Below, piece after piece: positions 51,195 to 59,967 of a stretch of 64,000 nucleotides of DNA; position 1 is the first letter of the stretch, and each line of letters starts with the position of its first letter. Origin of the DNA: a virus; IMG/VR virus record IMGVR_UViG_3300030382_003905, positions 4,399 to 68,398 of that record. One strand, given 5' to 3'. Below the pieces are notes generated by a model. It was not told the DNA's origin. It made no database searches and saw only the letters and a program-made list of their open reading frames with translations. Made by a program: the position numbers and the translations under genes.

Positions 51195-51224
51195 AAAAAA
51201 GGAGGGGTAAACCTCCTTTTGTTT
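51194..51224. terminator. bidirectional intrinsic terminator
   Basis: AAAAAAAGGAGG-GGTAAA-CCTCCTTTT. Confidence 0.8.
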
Positions 51225-51236
51225 ACATTGTTAGGT

Positions 51237-51488
51237 TTAAAAAGGAAGGTCTTTCTCTTCTTTTTCCTCTTCCTTTTTAGGTTCAGGTTTCCAGGTGTCT
51301 ACAGCTACATAATGTGTTTTACCATACTGATCTTCCTCTCTTTTCTTTTGAACGATCAGTTTAATATACTTCTTACCATTATACTCAAACATGTGTTCTT
51401 GTGGTAGGTCTGTTAAACATAAACTGCAAGCCACTTGATCTCCATCAAATTTTGATGTACCTGATCCTACATAGATTTTTTCTGACAT
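51237..51488 (-). CDS. small SSB-like protein
   Basis: Beta-rich, acidic tail ending DLPF, in the recombination operon. Confidence 0.6.
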   Translation of the reverse strand: MSEKIYVGSGTSKFDGDQVACSLCLTDLPQEHMFEYNGKKYIKLIVQKKREEDQYGKTHYVAVDTWKPEPKKEEEKEEKDLPF

Positions 51489-51661
51489 TTTTTATTTATT
51501 TTAATTATTTGTTCCAAATGATTTATTGTAGATATGATGATATCATCCTTATCTTCTCTACTATTACAGGTCATTGGAACTTCAACCACGCAATAGTTTT
51601 TCTTTTTGGTTTTTTTAATCAACCATTTCCATAATTTTTTAAAGTATTTCACGATGCACAA
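51467..51661 (-). CDS. hypothetical protein
   Basis: 64-aa ORF bridging its neighbours. Confidence 0.45.
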   Translation of the reverse strand: MCIVKYFKKLWKWLIKKTKKKNYCVVEVPMTCNSREDKDDIIISTINHLEQIIKINKKCQKKSM

Positions 51662-52364
51662 ATTGGTTAATATCTTGTTGAGATTCAGGGGTAAAAAAAG
51701 TGTTGTAAATAAAAATTGCTTGTTCGACTTTTTCTTTTCCTCTATCTATAAATTCATCTCCTGGAATAAATATTCCTAATTGCAAGGTGTTCTTATCTAT
51801 TACAAAAAATTCTAAAGGTTTGTTAAATAATTCTTGATATATATATGCTTGGCTATCGTAGTTATATTTTCGAGCCGAGTATCTAAAATCTGAAATTGAA
51901 CTTGAAGTTTTGATATCAATTAATTTATCTTCACATACTATATCAGCTTTACCCTTCCATTCTATCCCTTGTATATTTTTTATCATAGGAACTTCATACT
52001 GATTGCTGAGGTTATTAATTTGAGAACTCATTTCTTCATTGTTATTAACTATCTCTATCATCTTATCCAGGTTTTCTTTTTCTTTCTGGAGCAACATCAT
52101 CTTCCCTTCCTTTTCTAACAACTCTTTATACGCTTTAGTGTTTCTGCTTGTGAAATCTACCACTTTATATTGGGATAGTTTGTTGGGCTCTAACAAAGCT
52201 GTATGAAAATATCTACCCTCAAGCATAGCTTTAGTTTGATCTTTGGGTTGTCTAAAAGACAGAGGATCTTTCAATAAAGAGTATATATCCGAGTTGGAGA
52301 GCCATTGTTGACCAAACTCCCCATAATACAGCTCATCATTTTTTAATTTGTCAAGATCGGTCAC
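51639..52364 (-). CDS. RecE/Cas4-like PD-(D/E)XK exonuclease (DUF3799-like)
   Basis: LSNS, GRYFHTALLEP, KGKAD, DIKTS, YDSQAYIY. Confidence 0.85.
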   Translation of the reverse strand: MTDLDKLKNDELYYGEFGQQWLSNSDIYSLLKDPLSFRQPKDQTKAMLEGRYFHTALLEPNKLSQYKVVDFTSRNTKAYKELLEKEGKMMLLQKEKENLDKMIEIVNNNEEMSSQINNLSNQYEVPMIKNIQGIEWKGKADIVCEDKLIDIKTSSSISDFRYSARKYNYDSQAYIYQELFNKPLEFFVIDKNTLQLGIFIPGDEFIDRGKEKVEQAIFIYNTFFTPESQQDINQFVHREIL

Positions 52365-52990
52365 GCCAGTAATTTAGAAAGTTCTTTTTTCATTTTAGCA
52401 TCTACAATATAATGCTTTTCTATATCCTTCATTAACAAGCTTAAACTCTTGTCAGGGTTTTTCTTTATATGCTTTACAGCGTTGTCAAACTCTTTTGTAT
52501 TAACCTCTAACTTTACTTTTGTTTTTCCAGTTTTTAAATTAGTAATCTTAACCTCCTCTAAATCAAATGATTTTTTTAAAGTATCTAATTTAGTTTTAGG
52601 AGATTTTAAAGGTGTGGATGTATATACTTTAGCATCAGTATCTGCATCTGTAATAACCCCCAACATTGAAGACAACGCATATCTTCTGAAATATGTTATA
52701 CCAGCACCAGCCGACTGAAACTTATTCATCCCTTTCATATCGCATTCAGGAATATGACACCACGCATCTATACTCTCTCCTGTTGTAGTGTGAAATAAAG
52801 TTGTTCTCAATCCATCTTGCTCTACGAACTGCGTAAAACCTAAATGGTGTTTTTTAAGAACAGGTTTTATTTGAGCAATAATATGTTCTAACTTTACATA
52901 TTTATAGCCATAGCCATCCGTATCTTTTAGTAATACTGGCACTTCTTGTTGAAAATTAGCCAACGCTTTGTAAATGTTTTTTCTTTCCAT
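52361..52990 (-). CDS. ERF-family single-strand annealing protein
   Basis: YKYVKLEHI..HTTTGE..QSAGAGITYFRRYALSSMLG..DTD. Confidence 0.9.
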   Translation of the reverse strand: MERKNIYKALANFQQEVPVLLKDTDGYGYKYVKLEHIIAQIKPVLKKHHLGFTQFVEQDGLRTTLFHTTTGESIDAWCHIPECDMKGMNKFQSAGAGITYFRRYALSSMLGVITDADTDAKVYTSTPLKSPKTKLDTLKKSFDLEEVKITNLKTGKTKVKLEVNTKEFDNAVKHIKKNPDKSLSLLMKDIEKHYIVDAKMKKELSKLLA

Positions 52991-53000
52991 TGTTTTTAAT

Positions 53001-53402
53001 TTAATTAGTAATTTGATTTAATTTTACATTATGATCTGCATATTTTTTTATCAGATTTGCCCTCCGAGTTTTTAAATTTTGAATATGCTTATCGTTTTTC
53101 CTGGTGTTCATTTCCACTTTCATACGCCTCTCAATTAATTCCAGCTTGTGTTTACAATTATTAATAGCAACCTGGATCTTCCCTTTCTTCCATCCATTCT
53201 CTAAAAAATACTCATATTCATCTTCTTCTATTTCTTGGTAGTAATGTCCTCCTTTTGAGCAATTAAGTATTTCTATTTTACTGGCAAAGGATTGTAGCTT
53301 AACCCCATTACCCATCACGCTTAATCCCTTAGGAAGAGTAGAGGTAACAGCTGTACTATCTTTTTGTGCTTGATTTACTATGTCTTTTAAAGTGTATCGC
53401 AC
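53001..53402 (-). CDS. hypothetical protein
   Basis: 133-aa ORF with C-terminal coiled coil. Confidence 0.65.
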   Translation of the reverse strand: MRYTLKDIVNQAQKDSTAVTSTLPKGLSVMGNGVKLQSFASKIEILNCSKGGHYYQEIEEDEYEYFLENGWKKGKIQVAINNCKHKLELIERRMKVEMNTRKNDKHIQNLKTRRANLIKKYADHNVKLNQITN

Positions 53403-53695
53403 TACGCCTCTTGTATTTTTTCAATCATATCGTAATAATCCCTGTCTTCATCTATCAGGGCTTTAGCTTGTTTATAGCCATGAATTATCGTGGAGTGAGC
53501 AACCTTACATCCATTGTCCTCCATAAATTTTTGCACATACGATACTCGTATTGGGCGTTCTAAACATAAATAAAATAAAAGTTGCCTGGCATCTACCAAA
53601 TCTCTTCTTCTACTTTTGTCAAACATTTCATCTAATGTTAAGTGAAATTGTTCTGCTATTGCGTGTGCGTACTTATCAAATATCTGTTTTTTCAT
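53402..53695 (-). CDS. second DnaA domain IV-like protein
   Basis: KSRRRDLVDARQ..HSTIIHG. Confidence 0.78.
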   Translation of the reverse strand: MKKQIFDKYAHAIAEQFHLTLDEMFDKSRRRDLVDARQLLFYLCLERPIRVSYVQKFMEDNGCKVAHSTIIHGYKQAKALIDEDRDYYDMIEKIQEA

Positions 53696-53928
53696 TTGTT
53701 TAATTTTTCGTTTAATCTTTCTATTTCAAATTCTAAATGAGCAATCGCCTTACGGAGATCCTCAACAGGAGTGTCGTGCTTTCGAGAACTTCGGAGGCAG
53801 TAGGTTACTGCTGTGCCTATATTATAGGTACAATCAAAATCGCTAACTACATAGCGAGCTTGATAGTTTCTGTTGGTATTTGTGCCTATATAATAAGAAG
53901 GCACTCTGTCATCAGTGGTGTTTTGCAT
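53692..53928 (-). CDS. DUF3310-like protein (T7 gp1.7-related)
   Basis: PSYY..YNIGTAVTYCLRS.RK..EDLRKA..L..EI; start set at MQNTTD. Confidence 0.7.
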   Translation of the reverse strand: MQNTTDDRVPSYYIGTNTNRNYQARYVVSDFDCTYNIGTAVTYCLRSSRKHDTPVEDLRKAIAHLEFEIERLNEKLNK

Positions 53929-54004
53929 TTTTAAGCTGGATTGGAATAACTTTGGTAAAAATAACAAATTACTTGTTCATAAACAAGCGAATTAAGGCAA
54001 ACTT

Positions 54005-54118
54005 TTATTCGTTATCATCAGCATAATCACAGGCCTGGTTATATATGTTAATGTTCTGATCTTCCACATAGTTTACAAACAGATCATACCATTTTAATAG
54101 TTGCTTTTCTTTGTTCAT
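54005..54118 (-). CDS. 37-aa peptide (absent from ORF track)
   Basis: MNKEKQLLKWYDLFVNYVEDQNINIYNQACDYADDNE*; ATGA-coupled. Confidence 0.55.
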   Translation of the reverse strand: MNKEKQLLKWYDLFVNYVEDQNINIYNQACDYADDNE

Positions 54119-54279
54119 CTTTTTAATACTTCGTTAATTACTTCCTGAGCATCTTCGCACCCTTCTACCATTTTTTTATCTGCATAATCAAATAATATAT
54201 CGTTGTGTTTTTCTAATAGCTCTACTTTTTTTTGCAAAGCCCTTGTTTGCTGATACAGAAAATCTATTGTTTCTTTCAT
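54115..54279 (-). CDS. 54-aa protein (absent from ORF track)
   Basis: MKETIDFLYQQTRALQKKVELL...VLKR*. Confidence 0.55.
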   Translation of the reverse strand: MKETIDFLYQQTRALQKKVELLEKHNDILFDYADKKMVEGCEDAQEVINEVLKR

Positions 54280-54290
54280 AATTTTAAAAT

Positions 54291-54545
54291 TTAATCTATT
54301 AGTTCTATCTCATCCATATCTTCGATCATCTCCTCATCCATATACTCGAGCTGGTTACCCTCCATTATCCATACAGGCAGTACATCTCTCTCGGCTAACA
54401 TATCTTCAATGGTATACTCTATTTTTCCATTTTCTTTAAACTCATTAAGAAGATACCCTCCCCAATACTGAATGTCATCAAAATCACTAAACATCCAGTC
54501 CAGAAATCTTGATTTTTTTAATTTATATAGTTTTTTGCTTTTCAT
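54291..54545 (-). CDS. acidic early protein
   Basis: 84 aa, D/E-rich. Confidence 0.65.
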   Translation of the reverse strand: MKSKKLYKLKKSRFLDWMFSDFDDIQYWGGYLLNEFKENGKIEYTIEDMLAERDVLPVWIMEGNQLEYMDEEMIEDMDEIELID

Positions 54546-54557
54546 AAGTTTTTTATT

Positions 54558-55361
54558 TTAAGTAGTGGATTTTGAATTATATTCAAGCATTTTAACATTG
54601 TTTTTTCTATCTTGGTGAGTATAAAATTCTAACACGTCTTTTTCTGTTTCTCCCACAAACTCTTCTAAAGAATATTCCTCATACCATCCTCTCGTGTAAG
54701 TGTCGTCTATATTTGTATATTCATCCTCATCCAGATAAGTTACACAACATAAATAATCCCAATCTTCATACAGAGCATCTTGATACGAGTGATCTTCTGG
54801 GATTTCTTTAATAACCCCTTGTTTATTTATAATAAAATATTTATGGGTAGTCCAATTAGGAATATCATATTGTCCCCACTCATAACATACTCCATCTTTA
54901 TAGCTCATCCATCCTCCCCATCCTTGTTCTTCTTCATAGGTATAGACAAAAGAGGTTACCAATTTAGAAAACTCTTCTATTAACTCTGAACAAAGAGGCG
55001 ACCAAGCTGTTGTAAAATGATAAACACTCTCTGATACACTATTTTCATAACAACCCCATTTAGTTCCCCAATTATGCAAACTCCAGTCATACCAATTATC
55101 AAATTTATATTTGTCAATATACTCTTCTTGCATTTCTTTGGTTATTCTTCGCGTCCAAAACTTCTCTGTGTCTTTCTTTTTTTCGTGTTCTTTATACGCT
55201 TGAGGCGATACCACTTGCGTAGGAGAGGTTGTGTTCTGGAGTTCTTTAGGCATAGGCAAAAGATATTCGGCTAAACCTCCATCTTTTTTTACTATTTCTT
55301 CTAATAGTGTTCTGTCTTTGTCGTTGTGTACAATTATTGCACAATAGCAGTGATTAGGCAT
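54558..55361 (-). CDS. DUF1281/YubB-like protein
   Basis: MPNHC..PMPKEL..WYDWSLHNWGTKW..FTTAWSP..YEEE. Confidence 0.75.
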   Translation of the reverse strand: MPNHCYCAIIVHNDKDRTLLEEIVKKDGGLAEYLLPMPKELQNTTSPTQVVSPQAYKEHEKKKDTEKFWTRRITKEMQEEYIDKYKFDNWYDWSLHNWGTKWGCYENSVSESVYHFTTAWSPLCSELIEEFSKLVTSFVYTYEEEQGWGGWMSYKDGVCYEWGQYDIPNWTTHKYFIINKQGVIKEIPEDHSYQDALYEDWDYLCCVTYLDEDEYTNIDDTYTRGWYEEYSLEEFVGETEKDVLEFYTHQDRKNNVKMLEYNSKSTT

Positions 55362-55833
55362 TTTTTATAATTTTAGTAGTTAGTAATTGTTTTAAATGAT
55401 TAAAAACCCTGTTGAATAAAGGTAGGGGTTTCTTTTCCTGTTCAGGTAGCCCCAAAAATTTCTCAGGAGTTCCATCAAACAAGGTGTCGGCTTTTCCTTT
55501 TAAACCATATACGCTGGCTACTTTTATTTTGATCTTGTTGTCTTCTAAATAAATAGTGTAGTCGTACTCTTCCCAGCAATCTTTGGTGTTTGGTGGATAG
55601 ATATAAATATTTCCACACTCTTTTTTAAAGTGCGCTATTAGTTGAGCAGTTAAACAACCCATTCCATTAGCTAATTTTGTTGTATCGCCAGAATATCCAT
55701 TAACGACTTTAAAATCTTTTAAAAATTCTGCCAGATCGTTTCCGTGTCCTGATAAATACCCATCAAATTGTCGGTACATTGTTGTTAATGTTTTTTTGTC
55801 TTCGATAATATGTGTTAAGCTTCTTGTTCCCAT
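55354..55833 (-). CDS. conserved phage early protein (MGTRS..DGY family)
   Basis: MGTRS..YRQFDGYLSGHG..EEYDY. Confidence 0.7.
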   Translation of the reverse strand: MGTRSLTHIIEDKKTLTTMYRQFDGYLSGHGNDLAEFLKDFKVVNGYSGDTTKLANGMGCLTAQLIAHFKKECGNIYIYPPNTKDCWEEYDYTIYLEDNKIKIKVASVYGLKGKADTLFDGTPEKFLGLPEQEKKPLPLFNRVFNHLKQLLTTKIIKNA

Positions 55834-55882
55834 TGTTATAGTTTTAGTTATTAAATATATTATAGTTTGTGTATAATATTAG

Positions 55883-55912
55883 CAAAGATAATTATATTGC
55901 GTTAGTATCCAA
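55883..55912 (-). promoter_or_regulatory. Bacteroidota-type promoter
   Basis: - strand TTGG-N18-TATCTTTG. Confidence 0.6.
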
Positions 55913-55913
55913 G

Positions 55914-56204
55914 CTATTTTGATAGAAATATCCAAATAAAGCACAGAATTAAGCCAATTACAGATATAAAAGCACTCTTTATTTTGTTTTCATATCTCTT
56001 TTTTTCTCGCATTGTTACTTCTTTTTTTTCTTTTTTTGTTAAAGGGTTTATGTATTTTTTTATATCCTCGCCTCTCCATTCTAAACTCTTTTCTATACAA
56101 TACTCGCTACAAAAAATACTCCCTGTCCCATCATCAACAGGCCTGTCTAAATCATCATCTCCACAATTTTCACAATAATAGTTTGTCTTTTTCATATCTT
56201 TCAT
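55914..56204 (-). CDS. Zn-finger protein with C-terminal TM helix
   Basis: CENC..FCSEYC; hydrophobic C-terminus. Confidence 0.65.
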   Translation of the reverse strand: MKDMKKTNYYCENCGDDDLDRPVDDGTGSIFCSEYCIEKSLEWRGEDIKKYINPLTKKEKKEVTMREKKRYENKIKSAFISVIGLILCFIWIFLSK

Positions 56205-56449
56205 ATCCAGCCTTTAATGGAGAAATCAATATTGTAATCTCCCTCGTTAATAATTTCATCTGTAATTTCTTCAATATAGTTTTCAAAGCGATCTGTTACA
56301 TCATCTCCATTCATTGACATTTTATCAATACAAATTTCTTCGTATGCAGGTTGAAACCTGTCGCCATCTTCTTGTGTATAGGTGTATTGTATTTCTACAA
56401 TATTATTAGGAGAAATCTCCCAATCAAATGTTAAGTGTTTTGTTTTCAT
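56201..56449 (-). CDS. acidic early protein
   Basis: 82 aa, preceded by the repeat motif. Confidence 0.65.
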   Translation of the reverse strand: MKTKHLTFDWEISPNNIVEIQYTYTQEDGDRFQPAYEEICIDKMSMNGDDVTDRFENYIEEITDEIINEGDYNIDFSIKGWI

Positions 56450-56461
56450 AGTTATTTAGTT

Positions 56462-56632
56462 TTAGTTATTAGTGTATTGTTTAACCATTTTTCTTATTAC
56501 TTTCTCAATTATTTCGTCTAATTCTTCCCCTTCATATTTCAAAGTATAGGCCTCAATTATATCTCTTACGTCGCCGTATATATTCTCCGTCCAAATATCT
56601 TCAACCTTGTTTATTAATTGTGTTTTTTCCAT
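56462..56632 (-). CDS. 56-aa early protein (absent from ORF track)
   Basis: MEKTQLINKVEDIW...KQYTNN*; preceded by the repeat motif. Confidence 0.6.
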   Translation of the reverse strand: MEKTQLINKVEDIWTENIYGDVRDIIEAYTLKYEGEELDEIIEKVIRKMVKQYTNN

Positions 56633-56651
56633 TGTTATAGTTTTTATTTAT

Positions 56652-56777
56652 TTATTTGTTTTCATAATAATAGCTTTCATACCAGGCATTAAATACTTGA
56701 GGGTAGTTGCCTTGTACAAAGTCGTGTAAGTTCATTAACTCCTTGATTTCTTCTCTTAACTCTTTTTTTGTTTCCAT
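56652..56777 (-). CDS. 41-aa early protein (absent from ORF track)
   Basis: METKKELREEIKEL...YYYENK*. Confidence 0.55.
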   Translation of the reverse strand: METKKELREEIKELMNLHDFVQGNYPQVFNAWYESYYYENK

Positions 56778-56779
56778 GG

Positions 56780-57061
56780 TTATTGTTTTAAAATGAATTC
56801 ATTTAATAGTTCTTTGTTGCTGGTATCAAGCATCATATAGAATTGGTAAAAGAGTTCAGTGCCACTCATATTTCTTATAAGGGAATTGTTACTCTCTTTT
56901 CTTGCCTGGGTTAATTGTGTAACCAAGATATCCCATTTACCTTTAAGATGTTCTTTAAGTGCTGGGTTGTCTTTCCATACTCTATCAATAAAGTCATAGT
57001 GGAAATTGTTAGCATAATAAGTGAATGCTATAATTGGATGTTGTTTTTGTTTTGTTTTCAT
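56780..57061 (-). CDS. early hypothetical protein
   Basis: 93 aa, repeat motif upstream. Confidence 0.65.
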   Translation of the reverse strand: MKTKQKQHPIIAFTYYANNFHYDFIDRVWKDNPALKEHLKGKWDILVTQLTQARKESNNSLIRNMSGTELFYQFYMMLDTSNKELLNEFILKQ

Positions 57062-57077
57062 AGTTATTTAGTTTTAA

Positions 57078-57311
57078 TTAGTTATTTATTTGAAATTCTG
57101 TTTTTAATTTGTCTATTTCTTTCTTTAGCTTAATATTATCAGTCCATACATTTATCCAATCATTATCTGTTTTTATCCATATTTTTGAAAAAAATTGTCC
57201 GTTTTCTTTTTCTTGTTGAGATAAGTTGTCCCAAAATTCCTCTGCCTCCTGTTTATCGTCGATTTTAAATATGATGTTCTTATAAGTTATTGTATATTCT
57301 TTTGCTTTCAT
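57078..57311 (-). CDS. early hypothetical protein
   Basis: 77 aa, repeat motif upstream. Confidence 0.65.
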   Translation of the reverse strand: MKAKEYTITYKNIIFKIDDKQEAEEFWDNLSQQEKENGQFFSKIWIKTDNDWINVWTDNIKLKKEIDKLKTEFQINN

Positions 57312-57337
57312 AGTTATTTAATTTTAGTTATTTTATT

Positions 57338-57694
57338 CTATTCTGTTTCTTCTGCGTCTTGTTCACAATTAGGACATTCAAAATTACTCCTATCTTCTAC
57401 CCAATAGTGACAACCACAATCGGCACATTCAAATTTTTCTTGTTCTATTACTCCGTCATATACCTCCTCCTCATTTGTTATTTTTCCCTCATCATAAATT
57501 CTTATTCTTGTGTCATAATCATCCTCAACTTCATATAAAGAAACACAAGTAGTTTTGTCTTCTATACTATGAGCACAATCCATAAATTCTTGTAGTGCAA
57601 ATTCTTTATCATCATAATTCCCACAAGGAATACAATGTGCCTCTGGATATTCTATTTTTTCTATCCAATACTTTTTCGTTTTATTTACTTCCAT
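57338..57694 (-). CDS. acidic early protein with Zn ribbon
   Basis: CADC..CPNC. Confidence 0.65.
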   Translation of the reverse strand: MEVNKTKKYWIEKIEYPEAHCIPCGNYDDKEFALQEFMDCAHSIEDKTTCVSLYEVEDDYDTRIRIYDEGKITNEEEVYDGVIEQEKFECADCGCHYWVEDRSNFECPNCEQDAEETE

Positions 57695-57696
57695 TG

Positions 57697-57834
57697 TTAT
57701 TGTTTTAATTGGTTTGTTAATTTTTTTAATTTTTCTAAATCCCCAGACATTATTATACTATCGTTAGTAAATAGTTTTCTATGTTCAAATAGGGATCCTA
57801 ATTTTTTTAGTTCTTTTAGGGCTTGGCCTTCCAT
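57697..57834 (-). CDS. 45-aa early protein (absent from ORF track)
   Basis: MEGQALKELKKLGS...NQLKQ*. Confidence 0.55.
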   Translation of the reverse strand: MEGQALKELKKLGSLFEHRKLFTNDSIIMSGDLEKLKKLTNQLKQ

Positions 57835-57836
57835 TG

Positions 57837-58148
57837 TTATTTTATTTTAAGTTTATAATTGTCTTTGTCAAATATTCTTCCTGAGTTATAAAGTTCATCT
57901 CTAACTCCCAGATAACATACCTCGCCTAAAGTTTGAGGGTTATCAAGATGTGAGAAGTCGTATAAGTGTAACTCTTTTAGCACTTCAATTTGATCTGCAT
58001 AGTGTGTTAAACTCCAATCCAATTCTTCGTGCAGAAAATCAGCAATTTTATCGTTAAACTCGTCTTCGGTTAAACTCTCGTTTTCTAACTCAAAGTTTAG
58101 TTTGTCAATAAAATCATCTTCAAAATCTGTTATATATCCTATTTCCAT
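57837..58148 (-). CDS. Ocr-like acidic DNA-mimic protein
   Basis: Very acidic 103 aa; IADFLHEELDWSLTHYADQIEVL resembles the T7 gp0.3 core [24 protein letters not shown]. Confidence 0.55.
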   Translation of the reverse strand: MEIGYITDFEDDFIDKLNFELENESLTEDEFNDKIADFLHEELDWSLTHYADQIEVLKELHLYDFSHLDNPQTLGEVCYLGVRDELYNSGRIFDKDNYKLKIK

Positions 58149-58150
58149 TG

Positions 58151-58627
58151 TTATTTTATTTTAAGTTTATAATGTTCTCCCATAGGGCTATCATGATGCG
58201 ATATGTTTATCTCATACTCATTTTCTTTTATCTTTCTTATAGAGTAGGTTAAGTCGCATTCAGGCGCAATTTCTCTAAATATATCTTCTCCCTTTTTTAG
58301 TTCAAACTCTTTATGTCCTGTTCGATTTCTCCAGCCCATATTTTTTCCCTGAACATATATTGTTTTGCCTATATGTTGTCTAAACTCTTCTTCAAGATCT
58401 TCTGTAAAAAATACCCAATGATCTTCCCCACTCCAAGAAGCGTAAAAGTGTTCTTCTATCTCTTTGTCTGTTATAGTGGTTGGATCTTTTTCTTCATCTC
58501 CTAATATAGATACACAAAATTCCTGTTTATCTCTTTTAAAAAAGTCAATTTCGTTTTCGATATAAGCATTAACATCATAAAATGTTTCCCAGCTTATTAC
58601 ATCTGTTTGTTGTGTTGTAGTTTTCAT
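58151..58627 (-). CDS. acidic early protein
   Basis: 158 aa; GWRNRTG..SHHDSPMGE. Confidence 0.7.
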   Translation of the reverse strand: MKTTTQQTDVISWETFYDVNAYIENEIDFFKRDKQEFCVSILGDEEKDPTTITDKEIEEHFYASWSGEDHWVFFTEDLEEEFRQHIGKTIYVQGKNMGWRNRTGHKEFELKKGEDIFREIAPECDLTYSIRKIKENEYEINISHHDSPMGEHYKLKIK

Positions 58628-58639
58628 TGTTATAGTTAT

Positions 58640-58759
58640 TTAGTTAGTGGAAAATATCCAAATTGATAAGTAAAATAAAATACTTAACACCACCAGAAAT
58701 ATTACACCCTGTAATATCTCAAATGGATTTTGTTTGATTTGTTTTAGTAGTTCTTTCAT
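58640..58759 (-). CDS. 39-aa membrane peptide (absent from ORF track)
   Basis: MKELLKQIKQNPFEILQGVIFLVVLSILFYLSIWIFSTN*. Confidence 0.55.
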   Translation of the reverse strand: MKELLKQIKQNPFEILQGVIFLVVLSILFYLSIWIFSTN

Positions 58760-58761
58760 TG

Positions 58762-58950
58762 TTATTTAGTTTTAGTTAATTCATAATCTTTATAGATTAA
58801 TGTTGGCTCCTCGTTTTCTTCACACCAGGAGCTATCATCATCTAACACAACATTTTTGTATTTATATTTTCTAATTATAGTTCCCTTAATACATTCTTGT
58901 CCTATAACTTGTACTCTGTCTCCAATTTCAAATGTTTCTTGTTTGTCCAT
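58762..58950 (-). CDS. small SH3/KOW-like protein
   Basis: FEIGDRVQV..GTI..YxEL pattern. Confidence 0.6.
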   Translation of the reverse strand: MDKQETFEIGDRVQVIGQECIKGTIIRKYKYKNVVLDDDSSWCEENEEPTLIYKDYELTKTK

Positions 58951-58981
58951 TGTTATTTAGTTTTAGTTATTTATTTTCTCT

Positions 58982-59212
58982 TTAATATAAACCCATAAAG
59001 TCAAGCACTCTGTCAAGATCAAACTCATTCGTGCACGTAATTACGATACAATCTGTTTCATTTTCATATTTTAAAGGGTTGTTTCTGCTGGTATACATTA
59101 TTTTGCCCTTATCATTCAGGTAAAGGTATTCGATTACTCCGTTGGGTACAATAATTTCATCTCCCAGGTTTAATTTTTCTGTATTTCCTATTTCCGTTAA
59201 ATGTTTTTCCAT
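58982..59212 (-). CDS. early hypothetical protein
   Basis: 76 aa, repeat motif upstream. Confidence 0.65.
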   Translation of the reverse strand: MEKHLTEIGNTEKLNLGDEIIVPNGVIEYLYLNDKGKIMYTSRNNPLKYENETDCIVITCTNEFDLDRVLDFMGLY

Positions 59213-59222
59213 TGTTATAGTT

Positions 59223-59429
59223 TTAGTTATTTATTTTTTCTTTAATATATTTTAATGCCATTAGATAACCAAATTGTACTGCCATTTGCGTCAGCACTAC
59301 ATCATTAGATCCATTGTTGGCGTTAGCAAAATTATCTAACGCATCTCTATCTTCTGGCGTGGCCACTAAAGATCTCTCAAAAATCTTTAGTTGTTTCTCT
59401 ATTATTTTCTCTATTTTTTTTGTTTGCAT
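59223..59429 (-). CDS. early hypothetical protein
   Basis: 68 aa, repeat motif upstream. Confidence 0.65.
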   Translation of the reverse strand: MQTKKIEKIIEKQLKIFERSLVATPEDRDALDNFANANNGSNDVVLTQMAVQFGYLMALKYIKEKINN

Positions 59430-59449
59430 TGTTATAGTTTTTAATTGTT

Positions 59450-59668
59450 TTAGTTATCAGATTTATCTTTTATAAATTTAAAATAAGTTTCGTTATCGTC
59501 AATAAAATAACAATGCCAAAACCTGTCTTCAGGCCTGATGGTTGGGCTTGATGAATTAGTAATACCATATATATATCCCTTAACATCTTTTCCATTTTTA
59601 ACATCAATAAACCTGTATTTATATTGATAAAATATTTTTATATCGTTAATTGTAATATCTCTTATCAT
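59450..59668 (-). CDS. early hypothetical protein
   Basis: 72 aa. Confidence 0.6.
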   Translation of the reverse strand: MIRDITINDIKIFYQYKYRFIDVKNGKDVKGYIYGITNSSSPTIRPEDRFWHCYFIDDNETYFKFIKDKSDN

Positions 59669-59683
59669 TTTATTTATTTTAAG

Positions 59684-59962
59684 TTATTTATTATGTTTCT
59701 CAACATCTTTTCCCAAGTATTTTTTAATGGTTTCAAAGTCATAAAAGTTTTCATCACAATTTCTACATACATAAGGATAGTCAATTTCTTTTTCTTTTTC
59801 TAACTCATTGTAGCAGTTCGGACATAGTGTTTTAATCCACCACCCATATTTATCGCCCTGTAATGAAAGATCATTCCAATATTTTAAATATTGAGTTTCT
59901 AAAAATTCAATATCTTCTCTGTTTAATTTATTATAATTAAATACTTCTCTTGGATTTTTCAT
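59684..59962 (-). CDS. Zn-ribbon early protein
   Basis: CPNC..YPYVCRNCDENFY. Confidence 0.7.
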   Translation of the reverse strand: MKNPREVFNYNKLNREDIEFLETQYLKYWNDLSLQGDKYGWWIKTLCPNCYNELEKEKEIDYPYVCRNCDENFYDFETIKKYLGKDVEKHNK

Positions 59963-59967
59963 TTTAT

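Noticed and set aside
54001-54025. Another CUGAUGA on the - strand as a second hammerhead
   Set aside because: It lies in coding sequence (ADDNE*) and lacks a GAAA partner and flanking stems
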